The notes below the pieces were generated by a model. It made no database searches. It was not told the origin of the DNA and saw only the letters and a list, made by a program, of their open reading frames with translations. Source: Octopus sinensis (lineage: Eukaryota). Taken from it: a DNA stretch of 64,000 nucleotides. The stretch spans positions 134,044,001-134,108,000 of the forward strand of contig NC_043000.1 in NCBI RefSeq assembly GCF_006345805.1, read 5' to 3'. Shown here piece by piece: positions 49,601 through 64,000 of the stretch (its first letter is position 1; each line of letters begins with the position of its first letter). A program made the position numbers and the translations under genes.

Positions 49601-52587
49601 TTTACACAACTATCTTACATGAAAACAATTCCTAAAAGAAAACTATAAGACTGGTCACAAAAACTACACATATACAAATATAAATGCAAGACCTTAACAC
49701 AGCACACTTTAACAACATAGCTATCACATCAGATTATATTCTGATTGATGAAAGAAACCTGATGTCAATAGTAAAAATACTTTAAAGTCTAGTGATAATA
49801 AATGTGACATCTACACGTAATTCTTGACTACAATAAAACTGCAAGAATTGCCACTAAATTCATTTCATACAGAAATTCAGTTAAATTTTAAAATATCAAT
49901 GAACCTCAAAAGTTTAATGTTCCAACAAAAAAAAAAAAAAAATTTAAAAAGGACTGATAAAGAAACATGGAAAATTTTCATTAAATGTACATCATAATTA
50001 TGTTTTTGGTAAAGCATACGCAAAGTGTAAGAGTTGTAACCTGACATCAGTACCTTGCAGCATCCACAGATATAACTAAAGTGTAAATGAATCAAGAACT
50101 ACATGCAATTTTCTAAGTCATGAAATTAGCAAAAATACAAAATCAACCATTTCAATATAGTCAGCATATAGAAAAAAAATCCTCTTATTTTGATCATAAT
50201 GAGGAAATAGTTATAAGGGTTAATTGATATTTTTAGTTAGCCAAGCATTAGAAAATGTTTTATGAATGAAAATAAGCATTATGAGGATGTCGCTAAAACA
50301 CCAATTAATTAACATTTTTTTTTGTTTTTAAATCTTAATAGAAAATCAGATTCTTAAAGATAATGGATATATTTTAAATCCAGATGTGAAAAAAGCCATC
50401 CAAGGTTATATACATGCGGTCAGCACGAACAGCCACAGATGAAGTTAGTCGCCTAAGATATGGCAATATTCTAATTGATAGCAGTTTACCACAAGGTTGC
50501 TGGTTCAATTTTCAATGATTTACCCACCACCACCATCATCACCACCATTACTGTGGTAGCAGTTAATAATGGAAGCACGATAGTTATTCAAATTTAGATG
50601 CAATGATTCCTCAAAGAATAATGCTGGTTAATGACTTCCAAAATGAGTTTAAAGTTAAACTATTTCACACTTCAAGCTGTAATTAATCAATTTCTAAAAT
50701 AGCAATTATTTTCAGCCCCAAATGAAGGATGAGAATTAACCAAATATATGTAATAATTGTACCGTAATGGGAATGATATGAACCATGGAGAGAGTACTCA
50801 ACACAAAGTAGAGTGAAGTATGTGATTTATACGGTGCTCAGAATTGGTAGCATTGTTACTCAGAGTTTCATCAAATAGTTACATAATGTCTTCATGAGAG
50901 TTTTTAAATTCTTTTGAATCTCTAATACACACATCAAGTTATCTGTGTGTTCATTTTGAAAGTGGCTGCCTCATGTCATGTGCAGCATAATGCAGGAGAA
51001 ATACTTCATTTCTAAGGTTATGAGTTGTTTCATTTGGATTGGTTGGGTGATAGTTTTCAGAGGTAATAAAGATTACCAATAATAAATGAAGTTGTTAATC
51101 AGGCAAAACACAATAAGGATGAAAGGGAGTGAATTGGAAGAATGTTGACTTACAAGGATTTAAGTCAGATAGAGATCCAGGATGGTATTTCAGGCTCCAT
51201 ATATGTTTGCATAATATATAAATTCTATAAGCTAGAAGTAGGTGTGGAGCCATATAAAATGCGGAGTATAAAGCAAGACAACAGGGTAGTGAAATGGCTG
51301 TGATTCTGTCGGCACCTGCTCGGTGATACAGGCTTTCAAAATTTCAACAGAAACTTGTCAAAGTAGTAACACTCGCTACAAAAAACCTCTGAACTGATAT
51401 TAAAACATTTCAGGGGACTTTTGATTTGATGCTATTCAGTATGATGCAGCATAATTAGCATGCCTTCTGACATATGTACTTCATACACAGTATCTTCCAT
51501 TTTATTTTATACCTGATGTTCTCTTTTAGTCAAAAATTGTAATAAGACAAGGCTGCAGTTTTCCTCATATCAATGAGCCAGAAAGAAGCAGTGTGGTTGG
51601 TATATCACTGCTTGAACTTTTCCCTGACTATTCCTATCTAATATTTACTATCAAGAGATTCAGTTGGTTTAGTAGAGACAGCTGTAGCTTCATACTCTAC
51701 CGCTTCAGCATCATGAGAGTGGTTGCATGAGCTTGCTTCAGTGCACTCCAGTGTAATCTGCTTGTGTATCTTGTTCCTGTTGATTTGTGTGTTACAATGT
51801 TCATTACATTTGTAAGTGCAACAATAGCAAGCTTTCAACAGCTCCTGTTGAAATTTTTCTGTTAACAATGTGAAAGTGCTATTAGGGCCAAGTCTATACA
51901 TTTAAAAATTACACAAGGTAATATTACAGAATTTGTACTTAGTTCAAGAGGTGTTTGAGAGTATATTTAATTTTGATTCTGAAGCTTATATCTACTAAAG
52001 TACAATTGTAATGTGGGGCCACCTTAATAAGGGTAACTTTGTTAGAAGGGAGGTTAGAATGTTCATCAGCTAATTTTGCAATATTTTGGACAGATGTCAT
52101 GTTTAGCATAATGTGGGTAATTTTTCACTGGGTATGTTGTACAATTTCGTGACAAAACTGACCCCACCATTCCTGCTTCTTTTTTTATATGAACGGTACA
52201 CTCCAATTTTTATTGCTAAACATTATCTCTCAGAAATGCTGTTCATCTGAAAGCAACCCATAAATTTAGGAGTGAATTACTCCTCTTGTACTAAGTTGAA
52301 TGACAACCACTACCAAAATGGACACATAAATGAGTTGATTTAGTTATTTGAAGATCCAAATGGCTTAAATTTAATAGCTAACTACTTTAATTATTTGATG
52401 AAACTCTGAGTAATGATGTCGAGACTATATAAATCATATGTATACATACACTTGTTCAAAACTGATGATTTACTTCATTTCTGACAACATGCAATCCTTC
52501 AGGCAACAAGGCCACACATAATGAAAAACTAGGAGGCAACAATGTAAATCAGCTTTGAATCAATGTGTATGTGTTTATTTATATATA

Positions 52588-52637
<50 letters not shown>

Positions 52638-54423
52638 TATATATATTTAGCTAAACCTGTATGTTATTACTGAAGTTTCTTGTTAACAGAATCAGTCAAA
52701 TGGTAGCATTATGTACTATAATAAAATGTTTCTTTATCCAAATTGATGTTGAGATCTCCCTATGTCATTGGCTAATACACACAATGTAATTCATAAAGAA
52801 TGGTAATTGTAATTTCCAACTGAGAACAAACTTTCATTTGATGTGAAATTTTTGTAGCAAAAATAATAAACTAAAACAGTTTTGGTTTGGCTTGATGCTA
52901 AAGATGTCTCTGTGGGTTCTCTTGTAGCCATCTCATCAGAGGTTCTGCACAACAACAAGATTTTCTTGAGAAAGAGCGAATGACTTTATTTGTTAGAAAT
53001 TAATATAACTTGAGTTTATCTGTCAATATGTTCTAAGTCAGCTGTAGGTTATGTATTCAATGAGCTTGAACTTGTAAGTTTGTTGGTACAACAATATGCC
53101 TGAAAGATCAAACTTCAAATTTCTTTGTAAGGAGGCTTGACAAGAATGTTTCATCTTTCATATTCAAGATAAAGCCAGACAGAGGCAAGATCTTGAATTT
53201 TTCCAATCACAAACAGATTACAATAGCAATTATCAAAATTGTTGTATGTCTTTGCAATCTTCCTTCATTTCATTGTGAGGTTGTTTTCCCTTGTCTTTCA
53301 AAAATCAAATACATTTCACAAAGGATATTAGATTGTACTTATTTCTAGACCTGAATGGAGAAAGGTGCTACACATACATTCATTTGGGACCAGAAATATG
53401 GGTAATGTAACATTATTTGTGAAATGTATCTGGTTTTTGAAAAACAAAATAAATAACCTCACAATGCATTGCAAATCATTAGCTGTTGTCATTTATGTGT
53501 TCCTGAGAAAGTCAGAATCTTGACTGATTGTGCTTGGAACAGGAGATATGAAATCTCATTATCATGCCTCAATGCAAAAAAAATTTGAACTCTAAATCAA
53601 GCATAACTGTGTATCAACAGATTTCAGATGTCCAACTGGTTGAACCCACAATCTACAGCCAACTTACAGAACAGGATAAGATTTAACAAGTAAAATCACA
53701 TTAAAATATTAACTAAGTTCAATCACATCCCCACCGTGCTGGAAAAACATGTTCTTAAGAATACCATGTGACACACATAAGGCAAACCCTTTAAAATAAT
53801 ACATGAAAAATTATTGAATTATGTGAAGTCAAAATTATTTTAGGAAATTATTTTTCCTTATTTTTGCTACAATCATTTTGGCATCATGTCAAAGTTATCT
53901 CCCCAGATGAAAAATGTTTTTTTCCAGCTGGGAATTATTACCCCTTATGAATTACTCATGTAGTCACTGACGGCCAATGAAATAGTCAGGCCCTTAAATA
54001 TCATCTTAGATAATGGAATATTTCATTATAGTATGCTATGCTACCATCTGACTAATCATGTAAATGTGAAACTTAGGTAAGAAACAGTATACACCTTCAG
54101 CCAAATACTTATAATTTATACTCTATATTATGTATTGAGTACCTTGTCACTTGACTGTTATAAGCAATATATATATCATAATATATACATTATATACCCA
54201 GCTTCAGATTAGGTGATTAAAAATTAATCAGAAGATTAATTAACCCTTTAAATTTTTTTAACCCTCTCCTTTTATTTCAAAGAAATTTCCCAAAATTCCA
54301 GAGCAGTTGATGGAGGCGAATGCAGTATTAAACTAATTCCAAGAAACGATTTAATGAAAAATGAAGTTCTAAGTAGCTTTGCAAGTTAGTACTTGGAGAA
54401 TACCCATGATTCCGAAGTCTCAC

Positions 54424-54612
54424 CTGAAGAGTTCATTGAAGCACTCTGCACTGCAACATGGTATGGTGGCAGTGGTGGACGCGGGATGTTGGTGCCAAGA
54501 TGTGGTTGCTGTACTTGAGAGGGAAACAAGCAAGAGGTGGGAGATGGTGGCATGACGGATGCCACAATAACTGGTGGTGATGGAGCTTGATAGGTTAATG
54601 TTGGAAGAACTG
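54424..54612 (-). CDS. RAPGEF2: RAPGEF2/PDZ-GEF homologue, internal coding exon (189 nt, or 186 nt via a NAGNAG acceptor; phase 1-1)
   Basis: Acceptor tttacttgcag(cag) and donor gtgaga. Translates (A)VLPTLTYQAPSPPVIVASVMPPSPTSCLFPSQVQQPHLGTNIPRPPLPPYHVAVQSASMNSS, with a PY-type motif like the PPDYNVALQ of vertebrate RAPGEF2. Confidence 0.8.
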
Positions 54613-55810
54613 CTGCAAGTAAATGAGTTTCAATAATGAAGTCTCTGTCTGTATCTCTTGTTTGATTTTTTTTATTTTTCTTCCATCGACAGCTGGTATA
54701 CCTACTTAACTAACTACTAAAGAGAAAGCACAAGACCAACAAAGGTGATGAAGGGGGTTGAGCAGACACAGACATACAGGTGATATGTAAATATTGGACA
54801 TACAGAGGTACATACAAGGGTTCACTTTTAACTAATACTGGACACCAGACAGACAAACATTGAACTTGTGTGATTACCCCTTGTTTGTCAAATATCCAGT
54901 AAGGTTTTCGATGTCCCACCTTTCCTGTGCTGGACATCTATCAAAATAAAAATTCCAAATTTGGAATGTAAGTAAATCTGTTAAGAAAAAAACTTAAGAT
55001 ACATTAGGATTTTTTTTTTTTTGTTTTTTTTTTTGCTTCCTAAAGAGAAAAGTAAAAATAATTAACAACTAACAGAAGAGCAATCTGAAAAATCTCCATT
55101 AATTAAATGAAAAATCTCCATTAATTAAAAGAAAAATATTTTTCAAATCATAGGTTTATCAACCTTAATTGAATCAGAATTTCTCTTTAACAAATGCACC
55201 GACAGATTAGATATAATCACATTTGATTAAACATTTAAATGCTTTTTTTTCTCTCTCTCTTTTCCTTTTGTCAAAGTTAACCCACTCCTGAAATTTTGCT
55301 GCTCTGCAGAGAGAGACAAACGGTGTGCAGCAAATAAAAAAAAAACATTATATAAAAATAATGACTTACTAAAGCACTAAATAAATAAGGTTACCAAGAC
55401 AAACACAGTTGTCAACATTACAGCAAACATACTGAAAAGTTTGGTTTAAAACATCGCAGTCCTGGCCATGCAGGAGCATTGGCACAAACAATAATAATTC
55501 ACTAATAACAAAATTTAAGCTAAAAAAAAATCAAACCCAAAAACAATATATAAGGCTACTACCCTCAATGTTTTATACAGACTGAAAGCAAAAACAAAAA
55601 GAAACTGAAATTTTTGTAACTAATTGTACTTCATATATGCATGTAATGTGTGTATGTATGTGTTATGGCATCCGTTTTCAAAATTGGATGTGTAGCATTA
55701 TAAAAATAAAAAAATTTTTTAAATGTTACTAAGTTTTAATATTAGAACCATGCAGTTAATAATCTGAAATTACTTAGAAAGAAAATGAAATAAATATATA
55801 TTGAAATTAA

Positions 55811-56030
55811 CCCTTTAGCATTTAAACTGGCCAAGTTCAGCCCAAATATTCTTTGTTTTATGTTCAAAGTGGCTAGATTTAGCTTCTTACACCTACCCTA
55901 CAATGTCCTTCTAAAATAAGCAAACATTATTAAAAACTTGAAGCTACAAAATAAGGAATGATTAATTCACAACAATGTTAACTAATAAGCACTGCATCTG
56001 ATTTAACAGAGTAATATGAATGCTAAAGGG
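55811..56030. mobile_element. TTAA-type MITE, different family
   Basis: TTAA|CCCTTTAGCATT ... AATGCTAAAGGG|TTAC. Confidence 0.7.
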
Positions 56031-56316
56031 TTACACTACCACTCCTAATATTTTTCCCCTTAATAGTTCTTAATTCTTGTCCCTTCTTAAAAGAAACCAT
56101 ATTAAGTGAACATGTAGACAAAAGACAAGTGACATATAAAGACAACATAGGACAACAGATGTAAACAAAAAACAGGCAAAATGGACAAAAGACAAACAGT
56201 ACAAATAAACTTGCCAAAACAAATAAGTAAATAAAATACTAACACTTACACAGCTAAGTTCTACAACAGACAGTACACAATTCATATATATATACATATA
56301 TATACATATATATATA

Positions 56317-57214
56317 GGGTTATCTCATAAATAATGTGGTTTTTTCAATTGCATGAACTAAAAGTTGGAGAGGGGGGGGGCAGGATAAGGTACCTGCATC
56401 AACTTGCTATAAAAGCAGGTAGGAAATTTTACCTTGTCCTCATTCTTAGTACAGTTTGATTTTAATAGTTATTTTTCAAAGCTATAATGGAAGTGACAAA
56501 GGAACATATTTTGCCTTATGAGTTCAATAAAGGCAACAATGCAATGGAAAATGCAAGGAATATTAACATAGTATATGGGGATCAGACAATAAGCGTAAAC
56601 CAGTGTCAACAGTGGTTCCAGAAATTCCGAGCCAGAAACTACAGCCTAGAAGATGAGCCTCATTCTGGAAGATCGATAGAGTTTGATGAGAACGTCCTAC
56701 AAAACCCTGGTAGAACAAAATCCCATCATAACTGTTGAGGAACTAGGAGAGATGCTTGGATTTGATCATTCAACCATTCATTGACACCTGCACTAGAAGA
56801 AAAAAGACCATCTTTGGTTTCAAGATGAAGGTGTTCTTCCATCAAGATAATGCTCAGCCACATACAGCGAGGATGACATTCCAAAGACTGGAGCAGTTCA
56901 GATGGGAAACGATGCCCCACCCACCATATTCGCCAGACATTGTCCCACCTGATTATCCTTTATTCTACAGTCTTCAAAATCATTTGGACACAAAAAATAT
57001 GAATTCTGTAGATGAGGTCAGAACAGCACTGGAGGAGTATTTTTCATCACGGACAAGTGAATTTTGGAAGAAGGGCCTTGCAAGTCTACTAGATAGATGG
57101 AAGAGCATTGCAGGAAATGAAGGAGAGTATATTTTAGATTTAAAAAAAAGTTTGTTTATCTTAATTTTGAAAAATAAAAGAAGTATAAAAAAACACATTA
57201 TTTATGGGATGATT
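56317..57214 (+). mobile_element. Internally deleted mariner transposon
   Basis: Imperfect TIRs (atctcataaataatgtg / cacattatttatgggat) in (TA)n. N-terminus ...QWFQKFRARNYSLEDEPHSGR and C-terminus FHQDNAQPHTA...HPPYSPDIVPPDYPLF. The region with the first catalytic Asp is missing. Confidence 0.9.
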
Positions 57215-60200
57215 ATATATATATATATATATTTATATATACACATACACATATACATACATACACACAGAGAGGAACACTACAATATTTGTATTTTCCA
57301 AATACTCATTCAACAAATAACATTTACTGACATATTTATCAAGACTATACATACATTTCATACAAAAATGAAACAATTTTCATATTAACTAAAACATCAA
57401 ATATGCACATAAAAATATAAACAAAGAAGAATGGGGGAGGTTTGTTACACAGTATTCCTCAGAGTAGAAACAATGGCCATAATGATACTCAATAAAATAT
57501 TTTAAAATATAGTAAATAAAGAAACATTTTCATATACGAATGTAAACACAAAATTGACATGGTTAAACTACAATATTAATATAGTGTCTCCTCTTTTACT
57601 TTCACCACTGCCGCCTTTGCACAACAATATGTTCATCATATTTTATTCTCTCACATCATCTAGTCTAAAGTCATCATTCAATCTCTTTCTCTCCTATTCT
57701 CCTTTCAGTAATAGAGATTCTTTAGTCTTGCAAATTGCAAGGTGACCTCAATAGTGTTGGTGTCATGAAAAAAAAAAAGCATCCAGCACACTACTAAGTG
57801 GTTGGCATTATGAAGGGCATTCAGCTGTAGAAATCATGCCAAAACTGAAACATTGGGGGCTGGCACTATCCTTCACTTGTTGAATCCTACAAAAATGTCC
57901 AACACCCTATGCCAACTTAGAAAGCAATCTAAATTTTTAATACATATATATACACATACACACAAACACAGAGTTAATCATTATATTTATACACTCTTTC
58001 CCTCATGCACATACACACACATAAAAAAAATTATTACTTTTGTGTATGATTATGTAAGACTACCAATTTGTAGCTATTTGTATATTGTTAAAAGCTAACG
58101 AACTATATAAAAGGTAATCGCAACATTCAACATATGAGTATACAAATATTTTTCCAGATCACAAATTGATCACTCATCATAAAATTTTGCTTCATAATAA
58201 TACACTAAAATAATAACAATCTTTTGTCAGTTCCAACAATAGGAAATATAAGCCATGCACCACATTGTCTGGGGTTTTTAAGAGGGTTTCCAACAGTCCT
58301 ACTGTCCTATCAGGAAAAATGAAATATTTGTTTTGTTATTGATGGACACATTGACAAGTTAGCCTTCATACTGTAGTAGACATTGCACATAGAGCTTAAG
58401 GTTTTAAGCTTTACATTTTAGCCAGAGAGGCTTATAAAATTAATGGAAGAACCAAAACTAACTACACTAATAAACGGCTTGATGAAATTCTGTCCAATCC
58501 AACACATTTATATAACCAAAAGCTGACTAAATGCTTAACATGTCAAGCATTTAGACTCCTTTAGCAACATTAATTAGTTTAGGCTACAGAAGGTGCTATT
58601 TCTATTTTCTGATTGACAGGAGTAGAAAACACAAGCCTTAAATTTGACATATTGATGTGCAAATGTAGAAAGCTGTGAAACTTATCTAAGTAAAATAAGG
58701 ATTTCTTTTAACTGAAGATAAGGTTAGTTATTCAAGAGGGCAATCAATTCCATAATGTTACAAATGTTTATATATTCTAAATTACTACAAAAATAGGTGA
58801 AAGACAAAATTTATGTAGGTAGAATTTGAACTGAAAACAAAAGAAGAAGCAATGCAAGCATTTTGTCATTTAATCCAGATTAACTGATAATCTGATAATA
58901 CAATGAGCTCCTACACTGGTTCAAGGTTAGTAATTTGTTAGAGAGGGAATATAGTTGATTGAAATAGCCTTATAATATAACTGGTACATACTTTATCAGC
59001 CCTTGAGAATGAAAGGCAAGATCAATCCTGGTGGGATTTGAACTCAGAATGAAGAGAGAAGAAAGTAAATATTGTAAAGGATTTAGTCTAACATTATTTA
59101 TTCTGCCATTACGCTGCCCATAACAATGATTTGTAACTTCTGAATAAGGATTTCTAACATTTGCAGGTGCTGAGGAACAATTAATTGTGATCAATTTAAT
59201 CAATCTCTGTACATGACTGATACCCATTTTATTGAGTACTAAAAAGCGGGTAAGGTAAAAAGTAAACTAAACCCATGAAGGATTTCAGCTCCCTACAATG
59301 TCAGTATTGCCTTTATAATAACAGTTGTTGCTACTATAGACACAAGATCAGAAATTTGAAGAGTGAGTTAGTTAATTCAATCAACCCCAGTATTTGATAT
59401 CATCATCATCATCGTTTAACATCTGATTTTCATGCTGGCATGGGTTGGACAGTTTAACTGAGGACTGGCAAGCCAGATGTCTACACCAGCCTCCAATCTG
59501 ACCTGGCAAGGTTTCTACAGCTGGATGCCCTTCCTAACGATAACCATTCCGAGAGTGTAGTGGGTGCTTTTTATGTGCCACCAGCACGAGAACAAGTCAG
59601 GCGATACTGGCATCGACCACACTCAAATGGTGCTTTTTATGTGACAATGGCACTGGCGTTGACCATGTTCGTATGGTGCATTTTACATGCCACCAGCACG
59701 GCAGCCAGTCCGGTGGGACTGGTATCAACCATGTTCAAATGGTGCTTTTTACGTGCAAACCCAAAAAGATGAAAGACAAAGTCAACCTTGACAGTATTTA
59801 AATTCAGAATATAAAGAGCCATAACTAAATATCACAAGGAATTTTGTCCAATGCCCTAATATTTCTGCCAATCTACCAAACTCTAACGATTACACCAATC
59901 CACTAAGAACAATAATAATATTAATTATATGTTAATATAAAACCACAGTATAAATGTACATGTTTTTCTCCCCTTAGCTTTCTACATACAAAGCAAGAGT
60001 AAAATTTACTATAGAAAAAAAAATATAATCTATGAACCTAAAATTATTATTGATTAATATTTCTACAAAGCTATGTCTGTTAAATTTAATTCTGCAGGTA
60101 TCAAATTTAAATAGATGTATTTTGTTGAAGATGAACAACAAAAATATACTAATTGTTGACTCTCACTTTAAAGAGTGACCATAATATATATATAAGCACA

Positions 60201-61300
60201 ACCAGCTACAGCATCAGTTCAATGATCACTCTGGTTTCCTCTCTTCACTTCCTTGTCTTTATCTGTACTTCTTTCTTGTATTCAGTAAAGGATTATGTCC
60301 AAAATGCTCTACTTTTAATCTATAACTTTTTTCCTTCTTTGAGAGTCAACCTAATATTGGGTGTGAACATCACTTTGACTTTTATTGGTTTTTTTGATTA
60401 ACTTTATTCATACATGCATTACACATTGTGAAAAATAGTAATTTCACAGGGTTTTTAGACAAGATCTTTTTCAACTAAATACCTAATTTCTATATATGTA
60501 AGTTGAAACTGTTTTTTCCAAGAAACATATTTCATTAAAAACTAATTGGTTCATTCTTTTTTTTTTTTTTATATTTATTATAAAATATTCTCAAATAAAA
60601 CTTTTCCACAACTCTTTCTTTTCTTTTTTTTTTTTTGCATGTGTTAAGACAATGGGGAAAACAGTATGTGTAATGTACATACACGCACTAATATATATAC
60701 ACATATCCACACGTGCCTATATACACATACATTCATATACATGCATACATATATATGCAAAACATGCACATAGATGTGTGATAGTGAACATTATATGCAC
60801 ACACACATATATATACATACACACATACAAACACACTGTCAGATGCATACATAAATACATATACACACACACAGACATATGCATGTACATATATACACAC
60901 ACACACACATACATACACACAAAATTATATATGTATATATATAATTGTGAGTCTTCTTGGGACATTTTTTCATTGTGGCCTATAAATAAATACTACAAGT
61001 AGAAATTAAATTTGGATTTGCTCAGACTGCTCACATTGGTGAAAAATATACACAGTGACATAACAACAGGGCATGCAAAACTCCACTACCAACATAAAAC
61101 TATATTGCAATTATTTCAGTGAAGGAAATGAAAAGATATTAAAATTGGAAACAAAAAAAAAAATTATTTGACCTGGAAATTTTGAACAATCAAGATAATT
61201 CTACATGAAAAAGCCAAAATACTGTCCGAATACGAACTCCATATTTCACTATAATAGGACATCGTTAAATAAAAAGTAATAACAATAATAATAATAAAAA

Positions 61301-61341
<41 letters not shown>

Positions 61342-61429
61342 GTAATAATAATAATGATAATAATAATAATAATAATGAGATAACTTTCACATGACAAAAT
61401 TAACAAAGAATTTTAGAGACAGGCCTTAC

Positions 61430-61615
61430 CGCTCTGTGGAACATGATTGATACGTCTAGCTGGAGTTGGAGAGTTGGACGAGCCAATTGAGCTGGTGCTG
61501 CGACTATCAAAGTTGGAGGAAGCAATGCTGTTGTGTCCAGAATCAGTTTCGTACTGGTGCTGGTAGCTGTTCAGACTACTAGTTGGACTTGCAGAATCAG
61601 ATGAACCTATTGAAC
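61430..61615 (-). CDS. RAPGEF2: RAPGEF2/PDZ-GEF homologue, internal coding exon (186 nt, phase 1-1)
   Basis: Acceptor ttgttaccag and donor gtaagg. Translates (G)SIGSSDSASPTSSLNSYQHQYETDSGHNSIASSNFDSRSTSSIGSSNSPTPARRINHVPQS. The DSGH...SS.FDS segment resembles the RAPGEF2 C-terminal region, and the exon splices in frame to the downstream exons. Confidence 0.8.
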
Positions 61616-64000
61616 CTGGTAACAATAATAACTCTAAATGCAACTCACAACCACAATGGACTGGCATAAAATGAAAAACATCTAACAACAGGCAATTTCC
61701 TATATATTACAAACACAATCAGACGAAGGAGAGAGAAAGATAGAACCAGAAAGAGTGTACAGATGTCGTTATGAAACCAATCTATGATCTGATTTTTGTA
61801 AATCCTCTTGTGATAATAAACATCAAGATGTGTGTGTGACTGTGTGTGTGTATGTGTGTGTGTGTGCGTAAACAAGTGGGTGCATAGGCATCACTTGGTG
61901 GCTAAAGCATTTGTTTCACTATCAAAAGGTGCCAATCTTGACCCCGCCACTGTAGGGCAGCTTGAGTATATGTGTTTTAGAATGGCTTTGGATAGATTGT
62001 CATAAGGCCTTAAGAGTATAACTAAGAATGTAGAAACTGTGTGCGAGCCAGTCTGATGGTCTGCACCTGTAAATCAAAAGACCAATCTTGTCACATACTG
62101 TGCTCTGCTGATTTTGTGCGAGAATTACATTCTGAATACAACTATACTCAGTTACTGACACTATACTCAGTTACTAATTTAATGAGGAGATAAGTCAGGT
62201 GGTCAAACAACTGGAATACACATCAAAATCAACAGCAGATCCATTTATTTATTTATTTTATCTTATATAATTGCATGTATCTGTATATTTACACATACAC
62301 TCATATATACATTTATTAATAGATACATAGAGATTTAGTGTCTGGTTACTTCAGTACCATAGTTTCAAGCTAGTATCGAGGAATCTAGTAATCTTCCGCA
62401 GATTTTTTTGTAGTAGTTGGAAAAGCAGTGTCTCATCACACCGTTACAAATATACATTCATGAACAGAAACCATGTGCACTCCTTCTAGTGGAAATGGCA
62501 TACTGTACACATTCTCCCACCAATGCGAGTGGAAAACTAGAAAGAAGCACATAATGCCTTAACCGTAGATATAGCATAAGCATTTGAAATGAAGGCTGAA
62601 GTTGTGAGCAGGAAAAAAAATTTTTTTTTCAGCTAATGATAAAGTACAATTGCTACCAAATAATTAAGCAGTTGCAGCTACCCCTTGTTAGCATGGTTAC
62701 TGCACTTATGAAAGTAAGATATAGAGACAGAAAAGCATGCTATGCTGTAAGCATTGCTGAAAGATGCAATACTCTCCAAAGGTGCCAATATATTTCTGAT
62801 CTGCAGTCAATAGTTTATGATGAGTGTATTAAAATGCAAGCTATATAGGAAATATATATTAAATGTGTGTGTTGTGTTGTGTGTTCCTTGATGTTTTAGA
62901 AATTAAAATGATAAAAATAATAAAATATAAACAGCCTGAAACACTGAAGTATTTAAAATATTGACAAATCAAATTTTGTTGACTTAATAAATTTTAAAGA
63001 CATATCCATGGAAAAAAAACAATAATCTTTCTAATATATTTGGTAGAACTAAGGCAGCGAGCAGGCAGAACCGATAGCACGCTGGACAAAATGCTTAGCA
63101 GTATTTCATTTGTCATTACATTCTGAGTTTAAATTCCACTAAGGTTGACTTTGTCTTCCTTTCTTTCAGGGTCAATAAAATAAGTACCAGCTAAGCACTG
63201 GGGTCAATATAATCAACTTACTCCCTTCTCCCCAATTGCAGGCCTTGAGCCAAAATTTGAAGCCAATCTATAGGTAGAATTATTACTATAGCATGCTTTC
63301 CAAAACCTCAAAAAAGTTTTTTTCCTCAAACCTCTTTAAAAGAACATAAAACAATTCAAATCATTTTTGGATAAAAAATCTGCTGTTTTTGTTAAATATG
63401 AAAATAAACTACAATCTGAGCATCAGCCAGATACATTCTACTGCCGCAATAATGAGTATCCTAAGTATTTTACCTCCTTTTTTAGGTTGGTTACCAGCAA
63501 AAAGAGAAATTTATTGTGGTCGCAATCAAGAATTAGGTTTTACTTTAGCAACATCGTTTTGTTACTTACATCATCATCATCATCGTTTAATGTCCACTTT
63601 CCATGCTAGCATAGGTTGGACGATTTGTTTGAGGACTGGCAAACCAGATGGTTGCACCAAGCTCCAATATGATCTGGCAGAGTTTCTACAGCTGGATGCC
63701 CTTCCTAACGCCAACCACTCTGAGGATATAGTGGGTGCTTTTACATGCCACCAGCACGAGAGACAGTCAGGTGGTACTGGTAACACTCACGCTCAAATGG
63801 TGATTTTTATGTGCCACCTGCACAGGAGCTAGTCCAGCAGCACTGGCAACGACCTCACTCAAATGTCTTTTCACATGCCACCGGCACGGAAGCCAGTCAG
63901 CTGTTCTGGCAATGATCACACTTGGATGGTGCTATTAGCACTCCACTGGCACGGGTGCCAGTCATCAAATTTAATTCAATTTTGATTTCACTTGCCTCAA

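Noticed and set aside
51638-51901. 87-aa minus-strand ORF within an intron
   Set aside because: It has a weak acceptor context, no donor and no homology that I recognise.
54710-54937. Possible extra RAPGEF2 exon (acceptor ttttattttgatag at 54938)
   Set aside because: In the required phase 1 it stops after 16 codons, and no frame-preserving donor is evident. It cannot be supported without RNA data.

Overview
Eukaryotic, repeat-rich, AT-rich genomic DNA, most likely Octopus, judging from the SINE and RTE-LINE families I recognise; no database search was run. The one host gene is on the minus strand: four 3'-terminal coding exons of a RAPGEF2/PDZ-GEF homologue (61430-61615, 54424-54612, 46473-46658, 36054-36085) ending in ...VDEEQVSAV*, followed by a long, element-poor probable 3' UTR. 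The first ~30 kb is a nest of mobile elements: RTE and CR1 LINE remnants, two or more tRNA-derived SINE families, a decayed hAT transposase, two Helitrons, mariner remnants, TTAA-flanked MITEs and a young non-coding LTR element with a tRNA-Trp PBS. The most interesting signal is a set of hammerhead ribozyme (HHR) motifs. A 5'-truncated Penelope-like element (GIY-YIG remnant) lies between inverted copies of an HHR-bearing terminal repeat. In the right-hand copy, the 3' part of the ribozyme is amplified as a 10 x 67-bp tandem array. Next to it is a 142-bp mini-element with a covarying HHR, and at 28.4 kb a tRNA-head SINE-like element carries a minimal HHR. Most ORFs in the supplied track are microsatellite or antisense artefacts.
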